The notes below the pieces were generated by a model. The model was given only the letters and a program-made list of their open reading frames with translations. It searched no databases and was not told the DNA's origin. From Folioceros fuciformis (lineage: Eukaryota), in contig JBNGIO010006356.1 in assembly GCA_049999805.1 (NCBI GenBank), positions 781,572-816,451 on the forward strand: 34,880 bases of DNA, given 5' to 3'. Made by a program: the position numbers and the translations under genes. Below, piece after piece: positions 12,485 through 25,008 of this stretch. Each line of letters opens with the position of its first letter. Position 1 is the first letter of the stretch.

Positions 12485-13847
12485 ACCAGCTTGTGGATTT
12501 GGCGCCTGAAGGCGACAAGAAGGCAAGAGCAACGAACCCCGTACCGCATTCGCTGCTTTTCCGAATATTCCCGGACCACGCTCGCATTGGCGGCCCCGTG
12601 GGGTTGGTTACGCTCCCTGTCCGTTTGCTTACTATTGGTGTGTCTTGTCGTGAAACTGTGAAGCGCTCGACGCCCGAAGACGAGCAAGACGCTTGGGAGC
12701 TGCCGTGAAACCGGCCACATCTTGGTGGGATAGGTCGATATCGTCTTCATTCTCGCAACCGGCTCATTCCACAGTGCTCTGCCCTTGTACTCCACACTGC
12801 AGGCACACAACAGCGAGGGCTTCGGAATTGGCGGAATTTCGACGCCCTTACCAGCTCACGGTCCCGCATTCTGGGACACGCCCCAGCTCAGTTTTGTTTC
12901 TTGCTGGCCAGCCACACGCTGGCAGCCGACGGTGGGAGCGCTCCGGAAAAATATTTTCTGTTGTTTCCAAACAAGGTGAGCGGGGATTTGTATCTCGCCT
13001 CGCAGCTCCAGTGCCGCTTCTTCCAATTCTGCTTCGATGACTCCCACAACCTAGTGCGGTATTGGCGATGTTTGAAGCCGGTGGCCTTTGCCATTTCGCG
13101 CCTGTCGTTTTATTGTCTCAAGTTACAGTTGACTGAACAGGACGGGTCCATACTTTGCTTTACCTGAGAGTAACTCCTTTCTCTGTCGTTTCTCAGACAC
13201 CTGGCGCACGAAGTAATAGTCTTAGGTGGTGTTGCCCGGACAGTCGGGACTTCGTGCCTCTCTTTGATTGTGAACTCTCCGGCTTCCCCTTGCGCGCGAT
13301 AGTCGGAGCAGCGAACACTTCTTGCGGCTTCGATATGGATCATGTCTGTGTAGCTGGCGCGACCGCATGCAGGTTCAATTCTGTGAATTTTCGCCAGTCC
13401 CGCCGTCGAACTTCTGTGAACACCTCACGCTTGTTTCTGCTGAGCTCAAACCTCAATTGACGTTCCCTTGTGTGATCAAGTCGCTGACGAACGGCTTCGT
13501 CGATGCCTGCACCTTTTCTCTGTAACAGGGAAAGTCTGCAGTCCACATTCTTGCCAGTTGGTCAAGGATTGCGAAAACTCTCCACGGTGAGAAGCAATCT
13601 GTTAACACACGCCAGCTTAATGCACTTCTGTAACCCGGCACTGAGGAGCGTACCACTTTAGGGCCCATGCTTTCTCCTCTTACAGAATGCCGAAGTTAAA
13701 TGCTGACTCAAGCTTATGCACTTGTCCATCTTTCTGTTGGTGATGAGCAGACTATGATTGGCATGGCATGACATGACATAGCATTGCTTTTCGAGCTTGT
13801 CTGGCAAAGATACTGAGTGTTCAGTGTAATCCGTGCAGGTGGATCGT

Positions 13848-16800
13848 ATGCCTCACCTTTCTAGACTGCCTGGCCAGCATTTCCGGGCTTGTCTTGCTAC
13901 TGGCCCGTCAGTTGGAGGAGCCTTCACCCTGCGCACCAGAAGGTCGGTTCTGTGATTATCCTCGTGTGTCCAGCATGGAGCCATCGTTGGCCTTACTTAT
14001 TTCAACTGGTTGTGAGCAGGAAAGCAACTTTTCCATTGGCTTCAGCGAACGTCGACTCAGTGCAGGTGTCAGCTGGTGCTGACTACCCAGTAGAAGCTTT
14101 GGCAGGTGGAATGAACGTAGCTGCCCCTCTCCATGATACCCACGGTGCAGCAGGAGCTGCAAAGGGCACAGAAAATGCTGCACAAGCCGGCGAGTCCGCT
14201 TCCAGGTTTTACCAACTTGGAGAAGAATTCTCTTTGAGAATCACTAATCAAGGCTCAATATGCACAGTTGCTGAAATCCAGGGTGTTGACCAGGAAAATA
14301 TGCTTGCCAATGTCTCAAGCAGTTTCAGTGAACTGGGCATTAGGTAGGTATTGTTCAGCTAGTACTCAGAGTGATGTAATGCTCCTATATTTCTCGTCCC
14401 TTCCTGTCTGACTTGTAATGGATGGCCAGTGTGCAGAGTGCACAGGTATTGACCGAAAATAATAGAGTGTTGGATGTTTTCACTGTTATTGACTCTGAGA
14501 GCAAGGCTGCAGTACCGGAGGAATTATGGGACACAATGAAGGACAGGATTTTCACAAAACTAAAAAGGCAGGATGATGGTAGCAAGAGTTTGGAAGATCC
14601 CATGCTAGCAGAACAGGTACTGGAAGGTCTCAGCATGTTTTCTATGTAAGGACAAATAATGTCTGAGTCTGCCGTTCAGCTGAAAACTATCATGCTTAAC
14701 AGGTTTCATTTCTAACGTCCACACTCAACAAAGTGGTGAGGAACAAGGGCCACATTGAAGTCCTTGAGGCGGTGAGTGAAATGGTTTCCTTCTATTGTGG
14801 GTTTGGCAATTGTGTTGCTGGAAGCATGTATGCTGCTCACAAAAATTTATCAGGTCGATGCCTTGCAAAGAGGGTTTGAACAATTGAGAATATGTGAAGA
14901 CCCGCGCAAGCGAGCAGAGCTCTTGCGATACATTGACAAAATGGATAAGCCCATGGTATGTTAATTGGGGTCTCGAATATCATAGGGCACTCTGGCCACG
15001 CATTTTCTCCTTCCTGATTGCTATGTTTCTCGGCGTTTTCCGTTCTTGTTTTTTACAGATTCTCTCTCTGTTGTCGTTGTGCAGATTACTGCCGTCATCA
15101 GGATGTTTTATTTGTACTCCTCTCTTCTAAACGTTGCAGATGAGGCTCATAGCCATCGCCTGAGGAAAGAAAAGGTTGACTACCCTTCCCAGCACAACTA
15201 GAAGCAGGCGCCCCGTATTGTGATAGCCTCTGCTGCCTGGCAACAGAAGACCACAAGTGTTTGACCAACCTGTTCCTGAAGTGCAGGTCTGGGCAAGCAC
15301 AAGTGCGACCCCTGCATGGTATGCTTCGTTCGATCACACCTTCCGCCTTTTCAGAAGGGCAGGTGTGGGCCCGAAAGAGCTGCAAGCCTTGTTTGACAAG
15401 ACTGAGGTGCTTCTCCCAGCTGTTTGTGGTCCCAATTTTCCTCTCCATCTGAAGTCTCGCAGTTAGACTGGGATGGGGAGTATTGCCAGCAACAAAGCTT
15501 GTCTGTAAATCAAGCAAGTGCTTACTGTGCATGATCACCTGTCAGTACAATCCAGTGTTCACTGCACATCCGACAGAAGCTAGGAGGCGAGAAATTTTGA
15601 CATGTCTTCACAGAATTTTCTCAGTCTGCACGGCACGGGAGGTGTGGTATTGCTTCTGTACTTTTTAATGCCATGATCCGCACGAGGGTTATACTGGGAT
15701 TTTTAAGCGCTGCTGTCTTTTCAGGATCCAAGGCTTAGCTCAGCACAGAAAAAAGAACTGGAGGCAGAAGTTGAGGCTGAGGTTCGTCTTTGTATTTGGC
15801 ACAGAATAGCGTTTCAATTTCAATCCAGCGTAGTGATGGTAGACTGCAGAATGGTAAACGGGGGTGATGAGCGAATTGACCTGCACCAGATTGAACTTCT
15901 CTGGAGAACGGATGAGATGCGCACGAAGAAGCCCACGGTGCTGGAGGAGATCCAGACTGGTCTGGATTATTTTCGGTTTTCTCTGTTTGATGCAGTTTGT
16001 ACTACATACCGATATGCGGAAAGCTCACTTCATGTACGTTACAGTGACCTGTTATGGACTGATGTGTCTGTGTTGCATCCATTGGAGTTCAATACTTCGA
16101 CATAGTGCCTAAATGTGTGACATTTAAGTGCGGGCTTGAATTCTCTGTTTCACAGCATGTTTATCCGCAAGCTGGTGTGGTGATCCCAAGCTTTATCAAG
16201 TTTGGATCCTGGATCGGTGGTGACCGTGATGGCAACCCTTTTGGTGAGTAGTGAGCATTTCGTCTGAATCTGTTCTACGGTGATTCTTAGGGGCTGATGG
16301 TTCACAAATCCCTTTGCACTGTGCGTTTGGGTTCAGTTAAGCCGGAGACAACAATTCTGGCAGCCCTGTTACAGAGTAGGCTTATACTGGCTGAATACAT
16401 TAGGCGTTGTCGTACTTGCGAGGTACTTCCAGCTACATTGTAAAAGACCCTTTTCACAAGGCATGTGTAACCTTATGCTTCTCTACTTAGATTACAATTA
16501 CTCGTACTGATATTCTTTTCTGATAATGTGCGTGTGCAGGACATTCTAACCCTTTCCCTTCTGATCTGCAAAGTCTCTGATGATTTGCTTAGCAGTCTGG
16601 AAGAGGACCAGACTTTGATAGACAAAATCCCGGCTCTCAAGCATGACGCTGCACTATTTGAGCAGGTAACCTTAGTGCAGGACTACGTATGGTATGGGTG
16701 TGGTCAACTCAGGCTCTTGCACCACAAAGAACACAGAAGGGTGTCAATAATTGCTAGAGTTGATGCCTAGTTGCATCTTTGCGTATATTGGTCAGGAGCC

Positions 16801-19800
16801 ATATAGACTAAAGATGCGAGTCATGAGGCACAAACTGGAGCAAAATCTTCGATTAGTCAATGCAGGGCTTCGAGGAAAAGTGGGCATTGCTGATGAGGTA
16901 CCCAGTGGAGCTCTCCTCAACACGTGATAACTGATTTTCCATTTTTCAAGCGTGTTTCTCCTGAATGTCCGCCGCATCTGTTGTGCAGCTTCTCATCGAC
17001 ATAGAGTACAACATTGATGATATCCCTGGCATGGACCCTCAAGAAGATGCATATGCAAACGAGCAAGAGTTTCTCCGTGACTTGAAGCTTGTAGATGTGA
17101 GTTAGAAGTATGGATATAAATTACATCTCAGATATCCATACATGCTAGTTTCTCACAATGACGTCATTGAACTGCAGCAATCTTTGAGAATGCATGGCGA
17201 TGCTCACTTGGCTGACAGCAAGCTCAAAGATCTTGTGCGGCTTGCGGAGACATTTGGGTTTTACCTGTGTGCACTAGACGTGCGCCAAGAGTCAACTATG
17301 CACTCAGAGGTCAGCACGTAGCTTTTTAGTTTGTACCTTGAAGTCTACAGAGCTTGAACTTCTAGATGTTAATTTGGAGATGACAGCATTTTCCAAGTAC
17401 TATTGTGCACAAGGGTACTCAGCATTTTTCATATCTGATTCTCTTGTTCATTTGCAGGCCACACACGAGTGCATGAAATTGCTGGGCCTTGTGGACGACT
17501 ATGCCTCTTTGACAGAAATGCAAAAGCTCCAAAAGTTGGCTGATGCCTTGTCCTTGCCTCCTCCGGTGGATAAACTTAAGGTGGGAGTTTACGATGTGTT
17601 TTGTTTGGTGGCTGTGGCACTATGCTTGGGCCGTAGGCTGACTCTCGTTGTACACTACAGGGTGTTCTTGAAAATATGTCAGAATCAACCCGGCAAGTGG
17701 TTGATGTATTCTCTGCCTGTGCTGTCATCATGGACGTGGTCTCTCTCAAAGCTGTTGCCTCGTACGTTATCTCCATGACTAGACAGGCATCTCATGTGAT
17801 GGAGGTGAGTACCATCGTCTTTTGAGTCATTGATTCCTAGCTTAACAGTAGGTACATGTGAATTATACATGTCGTGTGATCTCAGGTCCTATTCCTTGCA
17901 TGGTTCTCCTGCCGAAATCTAATTGCGAAAGACTCTTCTGGCAAGTGGACAGCACGGCTAATAGCAGCACCGTTGTTTGAAACAATACCCGATCTTCAGG
18001 TATACCATTCTGCAATAGCGTCTGACCCTACCTTGTCGTAGTGTTACATAACTTACCCAATGTTTGCGATCGCAGCACATGCCTGAGGCCCTATCGGAGC
18101 TTCTAAGAAACCAAACCTACAAGGACATATTACATGCTGCCGGTGGTATTCAGGTGTCGTGCTGTTTTTGACTTTTGCACAACTCTATTGACTTTTTGGT
18201 TTACCAATGTAGTAATTGTGAAGAACCTGCATAGTCTTCAATCTGATATCATGTGCATATTATGCAGGAGGTGATGCTTGGGTACTCAGATTCTTGTAAA
18301 GATGGTGGCATAACTGCCAGTGCATTTAACCTCTATAGAGCACAAACAGTTGTCCAGCAATTGACGAAAGAAGCCGGTGTACAAGCGCGCATCTTCCATG
18401 GACGAGGCGGTACTGTAGGTCGAGGAGCTGGTCCAACTCATGAAAGTGTTTTGGCCCAGGTAGGTTCCCTTCCCTTTGGTAGACTGCCGTACCAGATGAC
18501 GCATGGGACTGCTGGTAGGAGATGCTAGTTATGTCTGTGGTCTGTTCGCAATTTCAGCCTCCTGGGAGCGTGAACGGACAAATTAAGTTCACTGAGCAAG
18601 GGGAAGTAATTACCTATCGCTATGGAAATGCAGCAACAGCTACCTATGAGCTTACGGTAACCGCATTCGTCTCATGGAATTTGGCTTGACGTTTGGGCTT
18701 CCTTGGTTGTTACTGGCTGTCCAGTATGGGCTTCCTTGTTTGTTATTTGCTGCCCAGTACTGTTAAAGTTGATACACCTAAAGTGGGAGCTTCAACCTTG
18801 CATCTGTAATTGCTTGCAGGTAGGTATAACGGGACTCCTCAAAGCCAGTCATCCCAGTACTCGGGACCAACAAAGTATCGATCCCAAGGTTTTTCTGTGA
18901 ATGGCTGAAGACCTCTGTCTGGCAGTTACGCAAATCAGCAACGTGCCATAGGCCCTCTCACCTTATTTTCTGCTCTCTTGCAGTATGTTGAAATTCTGGA
19001 AGAAGTTGCAGCAGAAGCAGAGAAACACTATCGAGAGCTGACAGATGAGACTGAGGGCTTCTACGACTACTTTTACGAAACTACAGTGGTCAGCGAAATT
19101 TCGCTCATGAACATAGGCAGCCGACCATCTCGTCGGAAAGTTGCAGTTCGCGACAAGTCTTCACTGCGCGCCATTCCTTGGGTCTTTGGCTGGGCTCAGG
19201 TACCTGATTGCTGCTCTTGAACAGGCTCGCTTGTGATTGACGCCAACGAATGGCTAACGTTCTTCTATCATGTTGGCAGTCCCGGCACACACTTCCAGCA
19301 TGGTACGGTGTGGGTTCGGGCATGCACGCCTTCACGCAAAATAGACCCGAAAGGATTCAACTACTTCAGCAGATGTATACGGATTGGCCCTTTTTCAGAA
19401 CATTTCTTTCAAACGTGCAGGTAATTTTACACGGGGTGGCAGCATCCCTCGTCCATGGAGAACCTAAATTGTTCAGGATGGTAACGGCCGACTGCTTCGT
19501 TTGTCTGTTGTCTGCAGATGTCATTGTTCAAGGCTTCATTGGAAATTGCGCAGGAATACTCTCGTTTGTGCAGGTAAGTACCTAATGAAAGCCTCTTCTA
19601 CGCGTCAGCGTCTCCGTTCGGCCGTTGTCTTTCGTGGTTTCTTACTTCAATGTTTTCAACTTCTCAGAAACCGCATAACTGAGAAGCTTGTATATGACTT
19701 AGTCGCTCAAGAATTTTCGCTCACAACGGAGCAGGTTGATACCTTGCTCAATTTTTTGCTGGTCAATCATTAGGACCGTCCCTTGCTTAACAACATGTGA

Positions 19801-20149
19801 AGGAACTGAATCTCCGCGCTGGGTCACGCAGTTCTTGATGGTCTCTCAACAAAACGCACTGCTTGAAGACAACCCCTCTCTGGAGCGATCGTTTGATACA
19901 CGTAGGCGCTACTTGGATCCTCTGAACCACATCCAGGTATGCTCGAAGACGATGTGTTGCAGGCGGCAAGTATGTGATTCTTTCCTGACCTCTAATGAGA
20001 ACGTCCTTCACCTTATCTCTCCATTGCAGGTTATTCTACTGGGAAGGAGGAGAGACCCCACAGCGACCCCGGAGCAAACTGAACATTGGGAGAAGCCACT
20101 ATTACGAACCATCAAAGCCATAGCTAGCAACATGCGGAACACTGGTTAA
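13848..20149 (+). CDS. PPC: Phosphoenolpyruvate carboxylase, atypical bacterial-like class, with N-terminal ACT-like domain and putative organellar transit peptide; ~29 exons
   Basis: Spliced motifs VFTAHPTE (catalytic His), LWRTDEMR, FGSWIGGDRDGNPF, EPYR, LDVRQES, YVISM, PLFET, QEVMLGYSDSCKDGG, FHGRGGTVGRGAGP, TEQGE, NIGSRPSRR, LRAIPWVFGWAQSR, and C-terminal MRNTG* (20149). Upstream exons 13848-13942, 14020-14343 and 14430-14616 join in phase. An alternative in-frame ATG at 13716 is possible if 13740-13838 is an intron. Confidence 0.95.
14264..14553 (+). other. ACT-like domain (ACR/GlnD style) within the PEPC N-terminal extension
   Basis: Spliced peptide TVAEIQGVDQENMLANVSSSFSELGI|SVQSAQVLTENNRVLDVFTVIDSESKAAVPEELWDTMKDRIF fits the pattern hxhxGxD(R)xGLLxxhxxxhxxLGhxhxxAxhxTxxxxhxDVFxVxD. 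Confidence 0.75.
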
Positions 20150-20608
20150 CAGGACGTCCCTGTTCAAGAGTATGTACATATGTTCACTGTACGGGATACA
20201 AAGAATGTGGGCACCTTCACGGAAGGTCCAACAACTGTGTATGTGCGATGTCAGTAGCCAAAGAGTAGATACTGTCTCCTGATACCGATCCAGAGAGAGA
20301 ACCGAGGGACTCTCGCAAACAGTTTCGGCGTTAAGTCTAAAAGTTTGGTTGTCACAGGGAATAAAACATGCACCGCGACGAAGGAGGGGCAGGGGGGCTT
20401 CTCCCAAAGTGTCCTATAACCTGTGAGTAACAAGCCTCGAGTCAGTTGAGTACAATCTCGTACGTATTTCTCCATCTCATCCTGCTTATTCGCGGAAAAC
20501 CGATCCCGAGCAGGGATCCGGGGGCGTCGTATCGACTTCAGATTGCCTTAAAACGTAGCCCGCGGCTTCTTGGCAAGCCAGTGTGCGGCAGCAGCAAAGC
20601 TGGGTGCA

Positions 20609-22271
20609 ATGGCGACTACCAATCTGCTATCTGGCGCCGGCGCGGTGATGCGAGCTATCGGAGGTTCGCCTTCCTCTTTCAAGGATCTTTCTCACAGCCG
20701 TAAGCTGCTCACGGAGGGCTCTGGTTTCTGCTGCATGAGCATCGGCACTCGTGCGTTGGCCGATAGGCATCAGCCAGGTCCCGGAGCACCGTTTGCCTGG
20801 CTACGAGGAGGGAGTTCCCGCCTCAAGGGAAGCGCACCCCTGCCTGAGGCTGCTGCTGCAGTTTCGGAATCCGCGGCCGAGGTGGATGTGCGTGAGTTCT
20901 CCTATCTTACCTCGGCTACGGACCGAAATTGTTTCCAGTGCGCAGGAATTTTGAACTTACACCTGGCATGCATTGTTTGAGACTATGTCCTCCTTTTCCG
21001 GAGCAGAACTGAATCAGCTCGGCAATGCTTGTCTGACCTTTGCAACAAATATTCCTGTTTTGGTGTATGTCCGTATGATTCTCTGGTCGCAAGGTAGCAG
21101 TGGTCTGAGAATACGTCGTCTCTGTGTTCATGTTTTGGTCTGCTAGCTCTGGCTCGGCACTGAATCTTTTGAGCTCAACTTAAGGTCTGTATGAGGTTGC
21201 GTTCCTTAGATCTAGCCCAGGGTCATGACAAGTAAGCAGATTGTCACCAGCATCTATTGGCATATTTCTTTTTCAGAAAAGCGTACAATAGATCCTTCAA
21301 ATCAATGTTGATGCCGAGCCAACTCACCCTTTCAGCTTTTGGTTCTGTCCTTGCTTCCAATTTAGGTTGATCTCATCTGTACAAGTCTTTCTCACACCTA
21401 GGTGTCGCTTGTGACAATATGCAGCTCATGAAACAGTCGTCAAGGAGGCAGTATCAACAGAGCACGCACCTGCAGCTCTAGGACCATATTCCCAAGCAAT
21501 CAAAGCCAACAACTTGCTATTTGTGTCAGGAGTTCTTGGTCTGAATCCGGCGGTGAGATCTTCCACTATGCAGAGCGAGCGTTTGTACTTTTGACACCAA
21601 CGAGTGGAGTGTTTTGAACGTGAAACGAGGGATGCATTTAGAGTAACCGTCGAAACTGGATGTGATACGCATCCCCGGTTGTGTGGACTGTGCAGACGGG
21701 GAAGTTTGCTGCAGAGTCCATCGAGGGGCAAACCGAGCAGGTTGTTAGGTTGCCCTGATTTGCTACTCGAGCCACCATGGATTAAATAAGGCAAAAAAAT
21801 CACCATTCCCACACTTGTTGCCAATTCTGAGCTCCTGCCTTGTTTCAGGTTCTGAAGAACATGGGAGAAATCTTAAAAGCTGGCGGTGCAAGCTATTCTT
21901 CAGTTGTCAAAACAACTATCATGTAGGCCCATCTAACCTCCTAACCTTTTAACACATGTGGTTAGCTGGCACAAACAGGATGGCTATGAGCAGGCATCTC
22001 ACCTCGAGTTGTGGCAGGTTGGCTGATCTTGCAGACTTCCAGGCAGTGAATGAAGTCTACTCTAAATGTAAGCCTTGCCTCGAACTTGGATACCTCATGT
22101 GTATCACGTCAGCTTGTTTGAAAACTAATGCATGACTGCCGGCCGGTGGATGCAGACTTCACGGGACCAGCACCTGCACGATCCACTTATCAGGTGGCAG
22201 CATTGCCTCTAAACGCCCGTATAGAAATCGAGTGTATTGCGGCGCTTCCCTCCGCCACTGGTGACCTCTGA
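20609..22271 (+). CDS. RidA: RidA (YjgF/YER057c/UK114) reactive-intermediate imine deaminase, organellar precursor
   Basis: Spliced KEAVSTEHAPAALGPYSQAIKANNLLFVSGVLGLNPA|TGKF..EGQTEQ|VLKNMGEILKAGG..VVKTTIM|LADLADFQAVNEVYSK|..PAPARSTYQVAALPLNARIEIECIAAL. The N-terminal exon from ATG 20609 is transit-peptide-like. Confidence 0.95.
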
Positions 22272-23730
22272 GTGGTAGGAGCCACCCGGTGAAAACTTTG
22301 TCCGATTGCTGGGACGTGTTCACGGTAGAGTGGAGTCACATTGCTTGCAACCTGCAACACTCCCGAGGTTGCAATGTGTGACACGAAGACGAAGGTGCTC
22401 TTCGTCGGCGGGCAACAGGATAGGAATCGGAAGACGTATTTATAAACTCGCTGGAGCGAACTGCCGTAGGCATACAATTTTGATATCTGTCAGTTCTGTT
22501 AGTAGAGATCGGGTGTTTGGCGAACCCTAAGAGAAGGATCGGTATCGTGAGCTATGTCGTGTGCCAAGTGTATCAGCCAATCAAAGTTCCAGACTCTTTC
22601 CGCTTCTGGATAGGGGCGGAAGGAGTGCGCAAACCCAACCTCACGGTGGGTCTAATGGGCTGTACTGCCTCAGCTCAGTTGTCCCCCCTGGAATTTGTGG
22701 TGGCAGCGGGGGGAATGAAGCTGGAGAAAGCTCCAAATCCAGTGGAGGCCTGCACCAGAATGACGAGCACTCTTGTGACGGTGCTGTAAACAGTGTCTTC
22801 TTCGGGGACACGATGACGACGTTACTTAGTCCTTGTGATCGCAGTTATGCATAATTATAAAGCTTGGCAATTTCGGTAATGAATAGAATGGGTTTCCGTT
22901 TCTTTCCTTTCCTTTTCCCCTGTCCCGGGCGAAGTGTAGTGGGTTCTTTCCTTGCGTTGGCTGCCATTGTCCTGCTTGCTTGTATTCGTTCTGGGTGTGG
23001 ACGCGGACGGTGCGGGAAGGCACAAGGTGAACTGCTTTTGAGACTTGAGAAGACTGCTCTCACTTGGGGCCAGGTGTGACAGTGCTATACGCAAATCATC
23101 ATCGTATTGAAGCAGATGTGCCACGAGGAGGGACAAGGACTTCTTACTCGTGACTTTCAAGTGTTGACCCAGGTTTGTATGGCCGCGGTTGCTGCTAGCA
23201 GCATGGTGAGAGTTTGAGGTGCTGGAGACTCTAGCAAGAAACTCACATTCGTTACCTGAATCACCACCTCCAATGCCGAATGCTGATCAAGAGAAATACA
23301 GCACAGTACACCGAGGGATCTACAGTCGAAGACTCTCTTCATAAATTAGAATTTTGGATAAACCATTCACACATTTCCCAGCCTATGGCGAACGCTTTCC
23401 GTCTCCAACGTCCTGGATGAGCTCACCCAGCCACATACAATATGTGAAGTTTGGCCACCGAACCTCAACGTTGAGCGGCCCTGAGCCTACGAATTCAACA
23501 GCCGTGTGTAGGTCCAAGTCCGAAAGAGATGTGGCAGTTGAATGGTCGACTGGGAGCATGAGGTAAAAGGCGAGCGCTCCTGTGTACAGCTCCATCGCAG
23601 CCCCTACACCTGCAGTTGCCTGCTTGACGGAAAACTCTGCCCTCCCTCGGAATCGATATCCACGGTAGACGCTCAGCGATCCATCTTCACCACCGGTACC
23701 CCTCTCTTTCGGCACTCTGTGCAGGAAAGC

Positions 23731-25008
23731 ATGGCTCCCAATCACGAGAGCGCTGCGGCGGCCGATCGGTCAGGAACAGCGTTCGACTTCGACAAGCTGA
23801 AGACGGAGGAGGTGAAGGAGTGGCTGGCGTCGCCAGACGAGATTGCGGGATTCATCTTGGCGGAGAACGACTCGCGCAGGCCCACTGTGCGGCACGACCA
23901 GTACACCGACCCCAATTCCCGGGCGCATGAGGTGCCCATCATCGATGTGGGGCTCATCAGGAGCGGGTCCAAATCCGAGCGCCACAAGCTGACCAAGGCG
24001 GTTGAGGAGTGGGGCTTCTTCAAGATCATAAACCACGGCATCCCGCTGGAGCTGGGGCAGGAGGTGGAGAGGCAGAGCCTGAAGCTGTTCGCGCTGCCCA
24101 GGGAGCGCAAGCTCCTGGCAGACCGGGACGCCCGCGGCATGGGCTACTTGCCCAAGAATCTGGGCAAGCCGCCCTGGGACAATGAATCGGCCAGCCTGCG
24201 GGTCTGGGCGGAGTCCGCCAATATCACCTTCGAGGGCAAGCCCCGCCACCTGGAGACATTTTCCGCCACCGTCTTTGAGACCCCAGAGGAAGCAGAGACC
24301 TTCCGGTGAGACCCGAAATTGCATTCACTGAATTGCTCGCACTCTCGTACCCCCAAACGCCGTGATCACACAACCAGGCGGACATTGATGTGCAGGGATA
24401 CGTACAACACGTGGAGAAACAAGTGCGCGGAGCTTGGGCGGGATCTCCTGGAGAACATGCTGCTGGGACTGGAGCTGGGGATCGACACGAAGGAGGTGCT
24501 GGAACTGTTCGCGCCAGATCAAATTCACGTGACGGTGAAGCTGAACCGATACCCGCCGTGCCCTGAGCCGGAGAAGGTGATCGGGCTGTACTCGCACCGC
24601 GACCCGCAGATTCTCACCATCTTGTACCAGGACCAGACCGGGGGACTCCAGGTGATGAACAAGGGAGAGTACGTTCCCATCAGCCCCGACCCAGTGGGCT
24701 CGCTGGTGGTGAACGTTGGATCGACGCTGCAGGCCTGGTCCAACGACCGCTTCACCAGCGTCTTCCACCATGCCGTGGCTAACAGCGAGAAGACGCGCTT
24801 CTCCGTGGCCTGCTTTCTGTCCACGCCACCGGACGCCATGCTGCGCCCCTGGCCCATCCCGCAGCTGGTGGACAAGGAGCACCCGCAGAAGTACCGCGCC
24901 CTGTCCATAAGCGAGGTCTTCGCCAACTTCAACAAGCACAGCCGACAGCCCACCTTCACCCAGGGCGACCGCTCCGCCTGGCATGTCATCGACTATTTCC
25001 GCCTCTGA
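23731..25008 (+). CDS. 2-oxoglutarate/Fe(II)-dependent dioxygenase (DOXC class, GA-oxidase/flavonoid-type fold)
   Basis: Exons 23731-24305 and 24396-25008. Motifs VPIIDV, EEWGFFKIINHGI, NRYPPCPEP, H-R-D (HRDPQILT), GGLQV, distal His (FHHAV) and R-x-S (RFS). Confidence 0.93.

Noticed and set aside
13848-20149. Bacterial contamination explaining the bacterial-like PEPC
   Set aside because: About 28 GT-AG introns, contiguous with typical plant genes.
20950-21420. Intronic snoRNA in the long RidA intron
   Set aside because: No convincing C box (RTGATGA) paired with a D box and terminal stem.
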